Of a stretch of 64,000 bases of DNA, positions 36,420 through 48,469 are shown one piece after another; position 1 is the first letter of the stretch, and each line of letters starts with the position of its first letter. A model generated the notes under the pieces. The model did not search any database. It worked only from the letters and a program-made list of their open reading frames with translations, and was not told the DNA's origin. The translations under genes and the position numbers were made by a program. This DNA is from Octopus vulgaris. Its lineage: Eukaryota. Where the stretch lies: positions 41,540,001-41,604,000 of the forward strand of contig OX597825.1 in the NCBI GenBank assembly GCA_951406725.2, in the 5' to 3' direction.

Positions 36420-37926
36420 AGGCTACTTGTATGTTTATGAGATCTGCCAAACGTGAGCTTTCTTTTCAGATGCATACTGCTGCTGTTCCCCACCCCAGGG
36501 TATCATCGGCCCATACCTTCCACACCCTCAGAGTTGGCTCACTTAATGTTGGCACATTGAAAGGTAGGTCTGGTGAGATTGTTGAGATGCTTGAACAAAC
36601 AAATGTAGATTTGTGCTGGATCCAAGAAGTAAGGCGGAGAGGAAGTTCTGCTAGGTTCCTCACAGGCAAAGAACATGAGTATGAGATTTTCTGGGTAGGG
36701 AACACCGATGGGGTTGGGAGCATGGGTATACTCCTTGCATAGAAATGGGTTGATAAGGTAATCGATGTATTTAGAGTCTGTGATAGAATACTTAAGCTTT
36801 GATGAGGGCAACAACACGGATTAGCAAACATTATCTTGGCCTATTCCCCTCAGCCAGGGCTATCTGATGAACAGAAAGACTGATTTTATGACATCCTTTT
36901 GCAGACTACCTCATCGATGAATGACAGGGACCCTCTCTTTGTGGGTGATGACTTCAATGGGCATGTTGGACAACATCCACGGAGCTTCCATGGTATATAT
37001 GGTGGCAATGAATTTGTTTCTTGCAATGAGGAGGGAACCAGGCTGCTGGAGTTCTGTGATGCAAATGATCTAATGATCTGTAATACTAGCTTCAGGAAAT
37101 CTGCTAGTTAACTGTTAACCTACCAGGCTGGGGAGCATATTGGTGAGATTGATTACATTCTCACCAGGAAACAGAAAAGATGGCTACTTATAAATGCCAA
37201 AACTTTCCCAGGTGAAGAATGCACCCCACAACATAGGTCAGTAGTTAACAATTTCAGGATCAGGGCTAAATGGCTGCCAACAAGATGACCAGCATGGAAA
37301 GTGTCACACCCTAACAGTGAAGGGAACCTGTGGAAGAGGTAGACCCAAGAAGACCTGGAATGAGGCAGTGAAGAAGAATCTTCAAATGTTGGGCCTCACA
37401 AAGGCAATGACAAGCAACTGTGACCTTTGGGGATATGCTGTACTGGAGAAGACCCAGAAAACCAAGTGAGATTGTAGCCATCGCCAATGCCAGTGTCACA
37501 TAACCACCCTGTTTAAAAGTACCCTTCAATTGTCAAGCAATATGCTGTGCTTGAGAAGACCGGTTGAGTCAAGTGAAATCGCAGTCGTGACCAATGCAAG
37601 TGCCGCCTGACTGGCACATAAAAAGCACCATTCGAGCATGGCCAATGTCAGTGCTGTCTGACTGGCTGTTGTGCTGGCAGTACGTAAAAACCATCGCTTG
37701 AGTGTAGTTGATGCCAGTACTGCCTGATTGGCCCCTGAGCCAGTGGCACGTAAAAAGCACCCACTACACTCTCAGAGTAGTTGGTGTTAGGAAGGGCATC
37801 CAGCTGTAGAAACCATGCCAGATCAGATTGAAGCCTGGTGCAGCCTCCTGGTTTGGCAGTTCTCAGTCAAACTATCCAACCCATGCCAGCATGGAAAGTG
37901 GATGTTAAACAATGATGATGATGATG
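36420..37926 (+). mobile_element. Internally deleted RTE LINE: APE endonuclease joined to the C-terminus and 3' UTR
   Basis: LRVGSLNVGTLKGRSGEIVEMLE..IQEVR, GDDFNGHVG, NEEGTRLLEFCDANDLMICNTSFRK, IDYIL. At ~37300 it jumps to GTCGRGRPKKTWNEAVKK..LWGYAVLEKT, then the repeat-containing UTR and (GAT)n. Confidence 0.92.
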
Positions 37927-38336
37927 CATATATATATAAATATATATGTATGTATATGTGTGTATGTGTATGTGTGAGTGTGTGTGCATAGTAACATATA
38001 CTAAGGAAATAGTATAGACACAATGTTTATTTTTTAAAGGCTTCGAACAGTACATTGTAAATAAATCAACAGAAATGTCAACAACAGAGCGAAAGAGACA
38101 CTGACAGATAAAGTTGCTCATTAAATTGTGAATTTGTGACAATATAATGAACCTATGATCTAAAACAATGGTTGAACCAAAAGAAATGTAAATGTGGGTA
38201 TAACCTTTTCGTTAACTGAAATGGTTTATTTGAATTACACATGTTGGTAGAGTATTTCTTTATCTATACAAAGGTACAACTCAACATAATCTCTGGCAAA
38301 ATGTGCATTTGCAGTGTCATTGAACCCAACACATGA

Positions 38337-38530
38337 ATCATCATCATCATCACCACCACCACCATCATCATCATCATCATTGTATGTCTGTTTTCCATGC
38401 TGGCATGAGTTGGATAATTTAACAGGAGCTGGTTAAGCAGAAGGCTGCACCAGGTTTCACTGTCTGTTTTGGCATGGTTTTTATAACTGGATGCCCTTCT
38501 TAACACTAACCCCTTCACTGATGCACAGTT
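38337..38530 (-). mobile_element. RTE LINE 3' end fragment
   Basis: (CAT)n..ttttccatgctggcatg..ctggatgcccttcttaac. Confidence 0.8.
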
Positions 38531-38569
38531 GTATTCACATCTTAATAGCCACTTCTGTCTCATCTGAGT

Positions 38570-39658
38570 CTTTGAACCACTGTCTCTAAAGATTGTCCTT
38601 CATTGGACTGAAAAAGTGAAAATTGATGGGTCTCAGATTCAAGCAGTATTCGTGATTGAGGAACCACTAACCAGCTCACTCTGTTGCTGAAAATGTGTGG
38701 TAAGGAATTGTCATGATTATGTGGATCATAATTATGTGATTCTTGTTTGGTTTCTCCCTTCTAATGGTTTCGCTAAGCATGGGTGAGGGAAACCTTTCTT
38801 GAGAAACAAACTGCATGATACATGACTCATCATCAGGTGAGCTGCACAACTAAAAATTTTCCCTGTAATTTTTCATTGGCCACCCATCCAGAAAGTCCTG
38901 CAGATTGCAATGAACTTATGATTGCTCTAAGCATATCTCACTGTTCATGGTACAGTTACTTTCTAGAAAGTCATGAAGAAAAAACACCTTTATCATCCTT
39001 TCAAACAGACAACATCACTTTTTGATTGTTCTTGAATGTCCAAGGCATTGGACAAATGGTGTAACACCATTCTGTTGATTAATCCTTTGTTTCAGTATCA
39101 TAAACATATGCCACATTTCTCCTTGTTACCAGACCTAAAAAAACAAAAATGCATCTTCGTTAACTTCAAATTCTTCCAATTCTATTCTTCTCTCAAATTG
39201 AGTCATTTGCTGAGAAACTCGTGTTAAGCACACTTTTTGATACCTAAAGTATATGGAATGCATTATGACAATTTTCCAATTGTTCAGCAAGCTCACAGAT
39301 TGTAAATTGTCTGACCATGTAAATCAAACCATTCAGTCATAGGCAATTCATGTTAATAGTCACAGCAGATGGTCTCCTACTGTGTGGTTTGTCTTCAATG
39401 CTGGTTTCCCCTTTATTAAACTTCATTCATCTGCATATATTGCTTTTGTCAGCATGGGGTCTTTTCCATCTATTATATGTCCTGGCATGATATGATATTA
39501 AAGAGAGCAGAGCCAGTTGAAGTGAAACAGTTCTGACTTAGTGTTGTGATGTGATGTGAGCATGAGTTTTGTAGAAGATTATGCCAACATTATTTGGCCA
39601 CTGTTGATGAAATATTTTCCTCTATTGTACCAACATTTGGAATTTGAACATCTTGTAT
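38570..39658 (-). mobile_element. Heavily decayed mariner transposase remnant
   Basis: The minus strand at ~39410-39360 reads GETSIEDKPHSRRPSAV (mariner S.ED.PRSGRP motif). Boundaries uncertain. Confidence 0.55.
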
Positions 39659-41044
39659 CAATTAACCAAAAAATTATACCCATTTTTGCATTAAAGTAAA
39701 CACACACACACACACACACAGATATGAGCTTAAATATCCATTGAATATTTAGAAATATAGAGAAGTACTAAAATCATTGATAAAAGGAAAGGGAAGAGAG
39801 AGATCTATATCATAGACAGCAACTTGAAGTTCCTACAGGGAAACTTGCTGAGGGCTACCAATTAGGCTGGTGCAAGATTCCAGCCAAATCAAATGTGTAC
39901 TGGTGGTGGACAGGCAAGGTAGACAAAACTGGAGAGACAGACTTGGAAAGACTGGAGGACAGGCACACAGTAGAAAGCTATACTAGGAGGAAACCTAAAT
40001 GGTAAATGTACTTAGAAAGAAGAGAAGCAGAACGAATGAAGTTTGATAATATTCTGTAATGTAAAGATCTCCTTCGTGATCATTTCTCCATCACTCACTT
40101 TTCTATCTGCTCTATTATTTTACCACTGTAACTAATGAACACAGAACTTTTAATTACATATCATTGCCCTTTCAATACTTCCAGTTATCACTTCCTCTCT
40201 TCTAAATCACACTCTGTTGATATCCATCTCTCTCTTATCATTGATCACCTGCCATTCATAGATACCATCAACCACACTTGCTCATATTCACCATTTGCCA
40301 CCCTTATTATTTACCTCTGATTACTTCTGTCTCCAGTTTTATCGATCATTCTGTCTTATGCATTCATATATTTGAAATCTCCATTTTCTCTTCCCAATAT
40401 TTCTTGGACATTCCAGCCATGCCTATCTGCCCATTTATAACACAAAGGAGTAACAAGTTGCATCCTACACAACCCGCTCACGTGTGCAAGCATGCACATG
40501 CACACACACACTCACACACACACACACACTCTCTCACTCTCTGTCTCTCTCTCTTAGTAAGCTCTGATACTACTCTTTTCCTTTCCTTTCTATTATCCCT
40601 TTCCTGAACAATGTCTCTCTTACTCCCTCCATTACCATCTTCTTCTTGGCAATAAACTTATGCCTTTTAACTTACTTTAACTTCTCTCAGTACTTCATCT
40701 TAAGTCATCAGCTTCTTTCTTATCCCCCTCTCTCACTCTTTCTCACTCTCTCTCTCTCTCTCTCTCAGTTGTAGGTGAGGGTCTCTTTTGGGTTGTGATT
40801 TTCTTAGTAATCTCACAAATGCTGGAGTTATGACAAACTTTCTTGCATACGTACCAAGGAAAAATGCACCCAGTACAATCTGGAAAGTGGTTAGAGCAAG
40901 GCAGGGAATCCAACCATAGAAACAACATAACAACTGAGATATCCAAGCCAAACTTGATATTTTGAGACTCTGGGGAAGGCTGTAACTCCAATAACTATTT
41001 ATTTTACCTCTTGATTGTGAGCCTGATGCAACATCATGACTGTG

Positions 41045-41370
41045 CAGGCACAAGGCTCAGAAGTTAGAGCATTGGGCTCATAGTCATGAGGTAGTGGGTT
41101 TGATTTCCGGACTGGATTGTGTGTTGTATTCTTGTGTAAGACATTTTAGTTCACATTGCTCCAGTTCACTCAGCTGTAGAAATGAGTTGCAAAGTCAATG
41201 GTGCCAAGCTGGATCAGTACTTGCCTTTCCCAACTATGGCATGGAGAGGGGAAACTGGTATGTATGAGAAGCTGTTGAACTTCCATAAACAACCTTGCCC
41301 AGACTTCTGAGTCAGAGGGTAACTTTCTAGGTACAATTCCATGGTCATTCATGACCAAAGGGAATCTTTA
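41045..41370 (+). mobile_element. tRNA-derived SINE, second family
   Basis: GGCTCAGAAGTTAGAGC A-box, GGTTTGATTTCC B-box, central ttgctccagttcactcagctgtagaaatg. Confidence 0.75.
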
Positions 41371-41381
41371 CCCATTTTATG

Positions 41382-41421
<40 letters not shown>

Positions 41422-41424
<3 letters not shown>

Positions 41425-41945
41425 TCATCATCATTTAACGTCCGTTTTCCATGCTAGCATGGGTTGGACGGTTCAACTGGGGTCTGGGAAGCCAGGAGGC
41501 TGCACCAGGCTCCAGTCTGATATGGCAGTGTTTCTACAGCTGGATGCCCTTACTAAAGCCAACCACTCCATGAGTGTAGTGGGTGCTTTTTATGTGCCAC
41601 TGGCACAGGTGCTAGGGGAGGCTGGCAACGGCCATAATCGGCGCTGGCATTGGCCACATTTGGAAGGTGCTTTTTATGTGCCACCGGCACAGGTATCACA
41701 ATTACAATTTCCATTTGAATTTTTGATGTTGATGTACTTCACTCAATAGGTCTCCTCAGGCACAGCAAGTCACCCTACGATCTAAGGTAAGCACAGCAGG
41801 CCGTTCTGCAATCCAAGGTACTTTGTATGGGCTGGGGCTTCTATGTGAAGCTGGTGTAGGAAACAACCATGAACTCATGTTATTTGTCAGGTCTTCGCAG
41901 TCACAGCATATCTCCAGAGGTCTCGGTCTTTCGTCGTTGCCTCTG
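41422..41945 (-). mobile_element. RTE LINE 3' end (UTR plus tail)
   Basis: (CAT)n-ttaacgtccgttttccatgctagcatgggttgg..gggtgctttttatgtgccac..cacagcatatctccagaggtctcggtc. Confidence 0.85.
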
Positions 41946-42987
41946 TGGGTACAATATATGCTATGGACTACTTTATCTGAAATGCATGTCCTCTCAAAAG
42001 ATAGTACCTTGTGAGAGAAAATTCACTGCTATTTCTGCAGGTGAGATGACCAGACAAGGGTTTCCTTCCTGAATCTGTGTCAATGAGTTTGCAAGATGAC
42101 AGTTCAATATAGTAGATAGACTATTAAATCTTAGTTTGCCTGATAAAAAGGTATGAAATCTCTACTACTGCTACTAACTGCTACTACTGTTGTTACTTAG
42201 TCCCAGGCCAACTTTTAGTAAACAGACCTGAAATTAATGTGCTCCAATCATGACCATCATGCCTTATTACCATATAGTGTATCCAGGACTTCATTACTCA
42301 ATGACTCTTCCTTTTTCCACAATAGTAACTTCTGTATGAGAAGAATTTGGCCAACCAAATATATTTTTTATATTGGTAGAGGAACTCAATCTGGGAATTC
42401 CACTAAACTATCATAGCATTTCATGGTCTTCAGTCTATGACTGCTTGTATACATCTGTTGCAACTTTTGTTTCCTTGTCAATATTTCAGATATCTTATTT
42501 CACTGTAAACTAAGCATAGACTTACTATATGCTTTCTCTCTATTCATAAATTAAACAATTTTCTCTGTGCTTTTAAGAAAATAATTAAATTTTCAATAAT
42601 AGAAGAAACATGCATTTTGAAATTAGGATCCTTTGAGAAAAGTAATTAATGAAAAAGTAGCAGCATTTTTGTCTTAGATTGGTGGATATCCCAACAGACA
42701 TAATAAAATCAGAATGAATAGAGGTCTTTATTAAGAATCAGAAATATGTCAAACATGTCCATACCCAAACTGTGTTTAAAAAAATGGTATGTTTATATAC
42801 ATAAACAATTGAGCAATATGAAAGACAGAAAAGAGCACATACTTATTAAAGAAATATATTCTTCCAATTATTGAATATATTTTGAGCATATCTACCATAT
42901 TTATGGCACCTTTGGAAGAAGTTTGGTGATGAAGGTATACAGTATGGGTTTAGTGATATTTCTTAGAAGTGAGAGAAAGAAAGAAGA

Positions 42988-43075
42988 ATAGATAGATAGA
43001 TAGATAGATAGGTAGGCAGATAGGTAGGTTGGTAGGTAGGTTGGTAGGTAGGTAGGTAGGTAGGTAGGTAGGTTG
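42988..43075. repeat. (TAGA)n(TAGG)n microsatellite
   Basis: Directly visible. Confidence 0.9.
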
Positions 43076-43636
43076 GAGAGAGAGAGAATGAGAGAATGCA
43101 ACTGTTTATTCTCATTAAATATATTGACTGCTACAATTGAAGTGTGTATTGTATACGAGTCAAGCAACACATTCAATCTTGAAAATATCTTTAAACAACA
43201 CAGTGGGATTCTGAATATATAATTAAGAAGTATTCTTTACTGAAAATTCTTCACTCAGAAATTAATATAAATCTTTGTCATTCAGTCAAACCTCAAATTT
43301 GAAAAGAAAAATTCTAAGATCATCCAACATGTATATGAATAACACTGTTATGGCTGCATCAATGTAATCTTTAATTATTTGGTTCTTCTTCCTGGGAAGT
43401 TCAACCTTAACATTGTTTATGATGTTCCCCTACTACCACCATCACCACCATCATTACCATCACCACTGCCACCACCACTACCTCCACCACCACCACCAAC
43501 AGAGACTAGAAAAGTCAGCATTTAAGAATGGGTGTGAAATGATATTTCACATACAGGTAACATTGCCAATAGATAAACATTTAGACTAGTTTCTCAAATG
43601 TTTGGGGTTCAAATACTATGCAGGTATTTATCGTTT

Positions 43637-43910
43637 ATCTTTTACTTGTTCTAGTCATCTGAGTATGGCCATGCTGAGATACCACCTTTAAAGGTTTTAG
43701 TTGAACAAATCATCTCACCCTAGGACTTATTTCTTAAGCCTAGTACTAATTCTACCAGTCTCTTTTGCTGAACTGCTAAATTACTGGGATATAAACAAAC
43801 CAACACTGGTTGTCAAGTGGTGGGTCAGAACAAACACAGACTCAAAGACACTCACACATAGATAAACATTCATACATATATGTATACATACATACATACA
43901 TACATATATA
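43637..43910 (-). mobile_element. Tail half of bipartite SINE (head at 46247-46394)
   Basis: Reverse complement of 28325-28492-type sequence. Confidence 0.75.
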
Positions 43911-43911
43911 A

Positions 43912-44512
43912 ACCTGGGATGCCCAGGAAAACCTGGGATGAGGTGGTGAAGCACAACCTTCAAATGTTAGGCCTCACCCAGGCAATGACTAGTGACCGAG
44001 ACCTTTGGAAATATGCTGTGCATGAAAAGACCTAGCAGGACAAGTGATACCATAACCTGTGGCCTTTACCAGGGATGTAGCCAGCCCACTTATGCATACC
44101 TTTCCTTCTTTGGACACAAAACTCTGCTTGCGAAGACCTGTTGAGGCAAATGAAATCGAAGTTGAATTCAAAATTGAACCAAATTCGATGACTGGCACCC
44201 ATGCCAGTGGAGTGCAAACAGCTCCATCCGAGCGGGATCACTGCCAGAGCAGCTGTCTGGCTTCCGTGCCGGTGGCACATAAAAAGCTCCATTTGAGTGT
44301 GATCGTTACCAGTGTCGCCTTACTGGCACTTGTGCCGGTGGTACGTGAACAAAACATTCAAGCGAGGTCATTGCCAGTGCCGCTGGACTGACTCCTGTGC
44401 AGGTGGCACATAAAAAACACGACTTTGAGCGTGGCCGTTGCCAGTACCGCTCGACTGGCCCTTGTGCAGGTGGCATGTAAAAGAATCCACTTCATCCTCG
44501 GAGTGGTTGGTG
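43912..44512 (+). mobile_element. RTE LINE 3' segment with ~66-bp internal tandem units
   Basis: PRKTWDEVVKHNLQMLGLTQAMTSDRDLWKYAV, then about five gactggc..gtgc.ggtggcac.taaaaa..gccagt units. Confidence 0.88.
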
Positions 44513-44732
44513 TATGTATATAGATATAGATAGATAGATAGATAAAACTTACTTGGAAAAGGATGCATGGCATTCAATCATATAATAATATAAATAATAT
44601 ATATATGCATATATACATATGTATATGTGCATACTTACATGTATACAAATATACATATGCATATGTATATACATATATATGTAAGTATGTATGTATGCGT
44701 ATGTATGTATATATATATGCATATATACATAT

Positions 44733-44772
<40 letters not shown>

Positions 44773-44790
44773 TTATATATATATGATGGG

Positions 44791-46246
44791 TAGGTTTACA
44801 AAAATAAACAAAAGACGAAGGCAGGTGGAGTACAAACAAACAAATATATTAGTATAGCGCTCAGGAATAGAAATAGAAAAAGTCTTTTACGTTTCGAGCC
44901 TACACACTTCGACAGAAAGATACACAGAAAAAAACAAGGAGAGCAAAAAATGCATGTAGGAGATAACGATCTATGATGGCGTCCAGACTTCGGACAGTGG
45001 TCAGACGCGAGAGGGACAGTAGGGGAGATAACAGGGTCAAGTGACTTCCAAAACGAAGGTGCCCCAATACAAAGGTTCGTGTGTGTATAAGAGAGTATGT
45101 ATGTGCATGTGAAAGAGGGCTGTGGGGGAGAGGTTTGGGATAGGGGTGAGGTGTGTAGGGGAGGGTGTGGGGTAGAGTGGGGGAAGTGGTGGGAAAGATA
45201 AGGAAGGGGGTGGGAAGGATAGAGAAGGTGGAGTTGGGGCGGGTGGGTTTATAGGGGGAAGGTGGGTGTATGAGGAGAGAAGAGAGGGGATGGGGGAGAG
45301 TGAGAGGAGAAGAGAAGAGAGGGGAGGGGAGGAGGAGGAGGGGAGAGAGGAGAGGAGAGGAGATGAGGGGGGAGGAGGTGGGAGAGGCGAACGAGAAGCA
45401 GTTAAGAGAAAGGACAAGTTCGGCCAGACAAATGAGCGTGGAGGTGCCGGGTTCAGGGTTGGAGCAGAGGTCGAGAAAGTGTTGAAGTGCACGTAGTCTT
45501 CGGGGTGAGGGATGACGGTATAGAGGCTCTGGAAGTCCATTGTAAAGAGGAGTTTGGAGGAGCCGGGAGGAAAGGAGAAAGAGTTGAAAAGCCGGAGAGC
45601 ATGGTTGGTGTTGTGGATGTGAGAGGGAAAAGACACCACTAGGGGGGCAAGGACACGGTCGAGGTACTTTGAGATGAACTCTGTAGGGCAGTTACAGGCG
45701 GAGACGATGGGGTGGCCAGGGTTGTTGGGTTCGTGGATTTTGGGGAGGAAGTAAATGGTGGGGGTGCGGCTGATCGGACAATGAGGTTGGATGCGGTGTG
45801 GGGGAGACGGGAGGATGAGATGAGATCATGGATGGTAGAGGAGACCGTCTGTTGGGCGTGGGGTCAGATGACAGAGGGCAGTAGAAGGAGGTGTCATTGA
45901 GTTGGCGGAGCGCCTCGGCCCTGTAGAGGTCCGCGCGCCACACTACCACAGCTCCACCCTTGTCGGCCGGTTTAATGACAATGTCAGCATGCCGTCGGAG
46001 GGAACAAAGAGCCGAGAGCTTGGCCAGGGAGATGTTGAGGCGGCGGTGGCGCCTGGAGAAGTTGAACGGCTCCAACGCGTGCTGACAGGCACCCGCGAAA
46101 AGATCCACTGCTTGGAACTGACCGGGGGCAGGCGTCCACTGGGATGGTCGGCGGCCCAGATCAGTGAAGCAGTCCTCCTCGTTGGATGCGGGTGGTATGT
46201 CATGGAAAAACGCACCCAACCGGACGCTACTGAGAGAAACAAGGAG
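44791..46246 (-). mobile_element. GC-rich Penelope-like element, internally deleted (N-terminal RT, C-rich UTR and pLTR)
   Basis: DIVIKPADKGGAVVVW..YRAEALRQLNDTSFY, NNPGHPIVSACNCPTEFISKYLD, LLFTMDFQSLYTVIPH. YxDD and GIY-YIG are absent. pLTR at 44791-44980. Confidence 0.93.
44883..44920 (-). ncRNA. Hammerhead-like motif with non-canonical core in pLTR
   Basis: tcttt-CTGTCGAA-GTGT gtag GCTC-GAAA-cg-TA-aaaga. Confidence 0.6.
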
Positions 46247-46394
46247 AGTTTCCATCAACCAAATCAGTTCACAAGGCTTTGGATGACCTGAGGCAATAGT
46301 AAAAGATGCTTGCTTAAGGTGCCCAGCTGTGGGACTGAACCTGGAACCATGTGATTAAGAAGCAAGGTTCTTACCACACAGCCATGCCTGCACC
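46247..46394 (-). mobile_element. Head half of bipartite tRNA SINE
   Basis: Reverse complement ggtgcaggcatggctgtgtggtaag..ggttccaggttcagtcccac..aaagccttgtga..gatggaaact. Confidence 0.85.
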
Positions 46395-48469
46395 CATGTT
46401 TCTGTATAATTCTAGGCAGAAAACATTATTCTCTACATTGCTTCAGTTTACCAAACTTTTTCGAATAAGTACTTGATCCTCTGGGATGTTACCTGGTGTA
46501 GGTGTCACATTTATATTGTAGTTTGTCATGGAACGATAGCTTGGTTATGTTGGATTGCCATTGTTGCATAAGATGGTTTGGTCTTCATTGTTACTGGGAT
46601 CTTGGGTGTAAGATTATTATGGTTTAAACTGACTATGTATGTTGTAAACAGAAACAACACTTGCAATCATTTTATAATATATTTATTAAAGGTATCTTTT
46701 CAAGTATTCATTGTAAAGAATCTTAGAATAAGGCTTTTGTAATGTCTAAATTCTGCAGTCATTAATTTGAGATGATGCTCTGACTTTGTAGCTTGAATCT
46801 TCTGCTAATCAATTGCTCAATAAATAGGACATACATGTGACAATTGTATGCCTCAATTGTGATACTAGCTTGTTAACTTAGCAAAGGGGTTCAAATTCTA
46901 GGTCTCATTACATAAGCAAGTGTTCGGTCTTGAAACGAATTTATTTCTTAACCATTTAATCTAATCAATATGGAGCTAGTCACCAGCCCTTAAAAGTTCT
47001 CTTGATCTTAGATAATGATTATAACATAGAACATGAGCCAGCAAGGGTACTGTTATGTAGTCCCACAGCCTACTACAAATAGCAACCAATTCTTCCTAAA
47101 AATCACATTCTACCATCTTAAAAGAATGAAAGACACATCAAAAAGGATAAAAAGGGTCAAAGCTGGAATGCCTTGTATCATATGCCTATAGAACTTGAAT
47201 CATTTGGGGTTAAGCATCAAGGACATTATATTATATCACAATATCTAATTACAAGATTTTATTTAATTGTTAACATTTGTATATTCAATGATGGGGTGGG
47301 GGATAGGAATAGGTAACTGGGGCAAATTGAGTAATTTCTGAGTTGTCATTATTTTCTCCCTGCTTGTTTGAAACCATTACATTGCAAGTGTTGCATCATC
47401 GCTTTTGACTGCTGCATCATCTTTAGAAACAAAAATTGGTCAGCATAGTTGTTGCTGTCGAAATTGAGACAGGTTGAAACATAATCAAGAGATTTTTCAA
47501 GAAATTTTTCCCCAACTTTAACCTGAATGTAATTGAGGTAGCTAATAAACTATGTGGGTAATTTTTGGTGTTTGACAATCAATATTCTTTTTCTATTAGA
47601 TTCCAAGTCAATTTTTTGCCATACTAACGTCTAATTTTATGATTTTCAAGTTACGTCTACAAAGGGGCAAAATGAGTAATGACTAATTTCAATAATTTCT
47701 GTTTTTTTAACTGTATGTTGTGTACATATATCATGAAGGGAGCCACTCCAGGAGATAGTAAAGAAGTTATAGAGGCTATTTTATGTTGAGGTTTTAGATT
47801 TAGCTGAGTTTTATTTATTTGATATTGTGCTATTTTTCCATGATTCTCTTTCATTTGACCTAGATATGTTAATTTTTGTGGTATTTCTGATCTTTCTGAT
47901 GTCTAAGGATGGATATTGATATGTATGAGGCTTTTTTTCAAATGTAATTCTGGAGAATTGAAGAGGTAAGTTTACTTTTTCTTGTCTTACTCTTTTGCCC
48001 CTTCTAAAATTATCCTTTATATGCTCAAAAAGAATAGAGATAATTTTCTGAAATAGTGTTCTGAATATGTTATAGTATTTTAATGCATTTAGAAAAGGTT
48101 ATTTGCTTAGCTGATATATCTTTTGTAAGGTAATGAGCATTTATAAAAAATATTTTTTTCTCGACATAAAAAATGCAGTAAATATTACTCATTGTGACCC
48201 CCACCTGTGCTTTTAGTGATTGGCTGTTCCTTCAAATGCACACAAAATTAAAACCAATGTAGTAATTAAAGAAATGAAATAATGCATAGATGTATAATTG
48301 ATGTTTATAATTGGTATGTTTTGCCTTATGTACTTCGTTTTTCTGGAACATATTTAATTAAGTTAATATGTTATTATATTTATTCCTTAGTGCATTTTAG
48401 TTAACTTTTGATTAAAATAAGATATTTTAAGCTGATATTCTGAATCTTAATTTATTCCACGTAGCACTT

